Source: Schmidtea polychroa (Eukaryota). From it: a stretch of 64,000 bases of DNA. The DNA lies in contig CM097885.1 in assembly GCA_044892525.1 (NCBI GenBank), forward strand, positions 30,320,001 through 30,384,000. Direction: 5' to 3'. The position numbers and the translations under genes were made by a program. This document shows positions 60,155 through 64,000 of the stretch, piece by piece; the first letter of the stretch is position 1; each line of letters opens with the position of its first letter. Below the pieces are notes generated by a model that did not search any database, was not told the DNA's origin, and saw nothing but the letters and a program-made list of their open reading frames with translations.

Positions 60155-60746
60155 TTTTAAAGGTTAACTATTTGTTAAATGTGACTAATGATTGATTATT
60201 GTTTATAGATTATTATTGTTTATAGATTATTATTGTTCATAGGAACAAATTCTAACCAATCAAAATCAAGGAAGGGTAGGAAAAAATTAATTTATTTTAA
60301 AACACATTTTGACGCTAAAGTTGACTTATTTAACATTTTCATAATAATTTAATAAAAATAATGTGATGAACCCACAAAGTAATATCATTTTTCATCAAAT
60401 TGTAAAACAGTAATAACGTTTTCATAAAATTGTAACAAAGTAATAACATATTTCAGATAATTTTTCAACAGTTGTAAAATATTTAAGCAAATTGTAACAA
60501 GATTAGAAAATATTACAACAAAGTAGTAACATATTTCAGAAAATTTCAACAAATTTGTAAAATATTTATCAAATTGTAACTAAAATAATAAAAATATTGC
60601 AACAAAGTAATAAAATAATAATGGTAATTAAGACAAATCAATACATTATTTCGAAGACGGACAACAAATTAAAAAGAATATTGTAACTAAAATAATAAAA
60701 ATATTGCAACAAAGTAATAAAATAATACAACATTTTAAACTCTAGA

Positions 60747-61160
60747 TCAATCCATTTTATAGAAAATTAAATTCTATCTATATAATATATGAATAAATAT
60801 CCAAGGAAATTACGTTAACGTATAATAAATACAAATTTATCGTAAAAACATGTGTGTATTACACACAAAACAAGATACATAATTTCTAATCAATCCATTT
60901 TATAGAAAATTAAATTTTATCTATATATTATATGAATAAAATCCTAAGAAAATTACGTTAACTGTATGAAAAATACAAATTTATCATAAAAACATGTGTG
61001 TATTACACACAACATACGAGACATAATTTTTAATCAAGCTATTTTATAGAAAATTAAATTTTATCTATATATTATATGAATAAAATCCTAAGAAAATTAC
61101 GTTAACCGCGCGAAAAATACAAATTTATTGTAAAAACATGTGTGCATTACACACAAAGTA
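60747..61160. repeat. Three tandem units of about 143 bp next to the axis; mirror at 61290-61700
   Basis: Units start at about 60747, 60890 and 61034; each has TACGTTAAC and a TGTG(TG)..TTACACACA mini-hairpin. Confidence 0.9.
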
Positions 61161-61179
61161 TCAAACTGAAATTGTAATT

Positions 61180-61267
61180 GCGCCATGTTGTAGAGAATTA
61201 AATTCTCCCTATACATGGTTACACTTAAATCTCGATCAGACATGTGAAAAGAGACATAAAAGATAAA
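61180..61267. other. Asymmetric central spacer with an internal imperfect hairpin (61183-61218)
   Basis: CCATGT-TGTA-GAGAATT-A-AATTCTC-CCTAT-ACATGG folds back on itself. Confidence 0.75.
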
Positions 61268-62120
61268 AATTACAATTTCAGTTTGATACTTTGTGTGTAA
61301 TGCACACATGTTTTTACAATAAATTTGTATTTTTCGCGCGGTTAACGTAATTTTCTTAGGATTTTATTCATATAATATATAGATAAAATTTAATTTTCTA
61401 TAAAATAGCTTGATTAAAAATTATGTCTCGTATGTTGTGTGTAATACACACATGTTTTTATGATAAATTTGTATTTTTCATACAGTTAACGTAATTTTCT
61501 TAGGATTTTATTCATATAATATATAGATAAAATTTAATTTTCTATAAAATGGATTGATTAGAAATTATGTATCTTGTTTTGTGTGTAATACACACATGTT
61601 TTTACGATAAATTTGTATTTATTATACGATAACGTAATTTCCTTGGATATTTATTCATATATTATATAGATAAAATTTAATTTTCTATAAAATGGATTGA
61701 TCTAGAGTTTAAAATGTTGTATTATTTTATTACTTTGTTGCAATATTTTTATTATTTTAGTTACAATATTCTTTTTAATTTGTTGTCCGTCTTCGAAATA
61801 ATGTATTGATTTGTCTTAATTACCATTATTATTTTATTACTTTGTTGCAATATTTTTATTATTTTAGTTACAATTTGATAAATATTTTACAAATTTGTTG
61901 AAATTTTCTGAAATATGTTACTACTTTGTTGTAATATTTTCTAATCTTGTTACAATTTGCTTAAATATTTTACAACTGTTGAAAAATTATCTGAAATATG
62001 TTATTACTTTGTTACAATTTTATGAAAACGTTATTACTGTTTTACAATTTGATGAAAAATGATATTACTTTGTGGGTTCATCACATTATTTTTATTAAAT
62101 TATTATGAAAATGTTAAATA

Positions 62121-62195
62121 AGTCAACTTTAGCGTCAAAATGTGTTTTAAAATAAATTAATTTTTTCCTACCCTTCCTTGATTTTGATTGGTTAG
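62121..62195 (+). promoter_or_regulatory. Putative pPolB promoter motif; mirror at 60252-60326
   Basis: TTTAGCGTCAAAATGTGTTTT..TTCC(T/A)TGATTTTGATTGGTTAG is shared with element A (20352-20455); about 100 nt before ATG 62293. Confidence 0.6.
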
Positions 62196-62292
62196 AATTT
62201 GTTCCTATGAACAATAATAATCTATAAACAATAATAATCTATAAACAATAATCAATCATTAGTCACATTTAACAAATAGTTAACCTTTAAAA

Positions 62293-64000
62293 ATGAATTC
62301 TTTAATAGAAAACGTTATGAATGTCCGAGAAAAAATTCAGAAATTTGGTAAATTTTAATTTATTTATTAATTAATTTATTAATTAATTTAGATAATATTA
62401 ATGAAGACAATTTAAAATCTAAGATTAAAGGAAATTTGAAAAGAAAAAGTAAACATAATTTTTAATTTATTGATTTAATTAATTAATAATTTAGGTAATA
62501 CGAATAAAGAAAAAAATTATGTCAATGTGTCAATAAATCGAAATGAAAATTTACAATGTAAGTATTGATTACTTTTTATAATTTAAAGGAAATTTAATAT
62601 AATTTTTTATTTAAGTAAATGTTAATATTTTTAATTTAGTAAATTTTTATTTTTTAGTAAATAAAATTTGTAAAATAATAATAATTTGCAAATTTTTGCG
62701 TAAACATTTACTAAAATATTTCATTTAAATTATATTTTTTTTATTAAATTTTTATTTTATAGGTATACTTTACCCAAATTATTGTTCATCGAAAGAACAT
62801 GATAATAATTGCCATTCTATAATGGAGAATTATTATACGAAAAAATATTATAATAAAACTTATTTTATATGTCCCGTATGTAAGACTAGTGACCCCGTAA
62901 CATATAGCGTTTTTTATAATAAACATAAAAATCATTTAGATAGGTTTAATTTTAAAAAAGATAGTGTTTTTAAAAGACCCTCAACTATAGAAAAAAATAA
63001 TAAAAATAAAAAAATTAAATTAGATACTTCTTCTTTTGAATCCCAGGTCGGATTGCCTTTTGTGGAATCCAATGATGGATTGGTTGTCGAATCCCATGAT
63101 GGATTGGTTGTTGAATCCCAGGTTGGATTAGATAATATTTCCCTTGACTCTTGGGATGGATTAAATATAATACAAATAGGTGGAAATGTTCCAATAATAC
63201 AAAAAGATCTAAGAGGTACCCATCAAATATTAAGCTTAAATACAAGCGACTTAAATATAAAAGAAATAATATTTCCTGAACAACTAATAAAAAAATTACG
63301 AGATATTATTAACGAATTAGGCTCCGTCAAAATTCAATTCGGAATAACAATCGAATTTGAAAAAGACGGGGAAATAAAGGTTAATAATATCTCAAATTAT
63401 GCAAAGCCTTTAACTGCATCATTTTTTGATGAAGGCATTAAGGAATTAAATGAGAAAATTACTAATATTACTGAGTTAGGAAGCAGTTGGAATATAAAAA
63501 ATATCACTGAAATACATTTCACCATAACAAAAATAAGTAGGCTAAGTAGATTAAGTGGTAGGAGTTTCATTGAAACACCTACTTATCTAAAAAATAAATA
63601 TTGTTTAATTAATATAAAAAACACCGATGATTCATGTTTTTTATATAGCATTTTAGCTATTTTAAAATATGATGAGGTTAGTAGTTATGCTAGAAATAGG
63701 ACATCCAGTTATAATTTATCTGAATTAATATATAATCCATTGGACTTACCCATGAAATTAAAAGATATTAGAAAATTCGAGGCCAAAAATCCAGGCTTAA
63801 TAATTAACGTTTTTTCTTATGACAATAACAAACAATTAATAGATAATTACGTATTAAAACACCCACATTTAGATATTATACATCGTTCCAAAGTTTTAAA
63901 TGGAACTGTAATTAATTTACTATTATTAAATAAAGGAAACAATTTCCATTACGTTGCTATAAGTAATTTAAATAAGTTAATGAATTGTCATATCAACACT
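62293..64000 (+). CDS. polB: Second (mirror) copy of pPolB, open to the window end. Exons 62293-62347, 62392-62448, 62495-62557, 62763 onward
   Basis: Reverse complement of 60154-58447; ATG GAG AAT (MENYY) at 62822. Absent from the ORF track, presumably because no stop falls in the window. Confidence 0.9.

Larger units (their letters stand above)
54397..64000. mobile_element. Element C: palindromic pPolB-only element, axis about 61223, right arm runs off the window
   Basis: Left end AGTAGGGAGTTAGTGGCCCACGGCAGCA. 58447-61179 mirrors 61268-64000 (coordinate sum 122447) with an 88-bp spacer. Only one long gene lies between end and axis. Confidence 0.92.

Noticed and set aside
54397..61179. Canonical full Polinton/Maverick or adintovirus
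   Set aside because: No integrase, ATPase, capsid or separate protease ORF in the half-element or elsewhere in the window. The integrase remnant at 36510-37140 is Gypsy-like and lies outside the elements.
55850..63245. Small ORFs overlapping pPolB (55850-56077, 56178-56540, 56339-56536, 57297-57479, 57826-58029, 59202-59432, 63015-63245)
   Set aside because: Antisense or alternate-frame shadows with no recognisable motifs.
38576..64000. Palindromes as assembly, fold-back-read or whole-genome-amplification artefacts
   Set aside because: Symmetry in B stops exactly at the element ends with unique flanks, and its arms differ in repeat counts and substitutions. C's arms show at least two substitutions (near 60774 and 60816), A's arms are clearly diverged, and host genes are never mirrored. 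Read-level confirmation is still needed, especially for C.

Overview
Very AT-rich eukaryotic (metazoan) DNA with 44-60 bp minimal introns; a flatworm such as a planarian is plausible, but that is inference. It holds two host genes: LRP2BP (SEL1-repeat protein, minus strand, 5 exons seen, 2400-12920) and an F-box/LRR gene (FBXL-type, plus strand, 32161-38096). It also holds ordinary TE debris (Helitron, MULE, hAT, mariner, Gypsy LTR and integrase, MITEs) and an intronless HECT/HUWE1-like pseudogene fragment. The main observation is a family of giant palindromic (fold-back) elements covering about half of the window, all ending in 5'-AGTAGG. Element C (54397 to beyond 64000, axis about 61223) has one gene per arm: a Polinton-type protein-primed family B DNA polymerase (pPolB), intact in the fully visible left arm. 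No integrase, capsid, ATPase or separate protease gene is seen. Element B (38576-49246) is a complete 10.7-kb palindrome with two converging, truncated copies of a diverged pPolB and no target-site duplication. Element A (14951-26629) is an older non-coding palindrome with C-type ends. Two more end fragments lie at 9925 and 49539. Both pPolB genes have the same predicted 5' structure, missed by the ORF track: three short exons and three phase-1 GT-AG introns behind a conserved CCAAT-containing motif. Inference: a minimal, single-gene, intron-containing, self-synthesizing palindromic replicon derived from Polintons/Mavericks.
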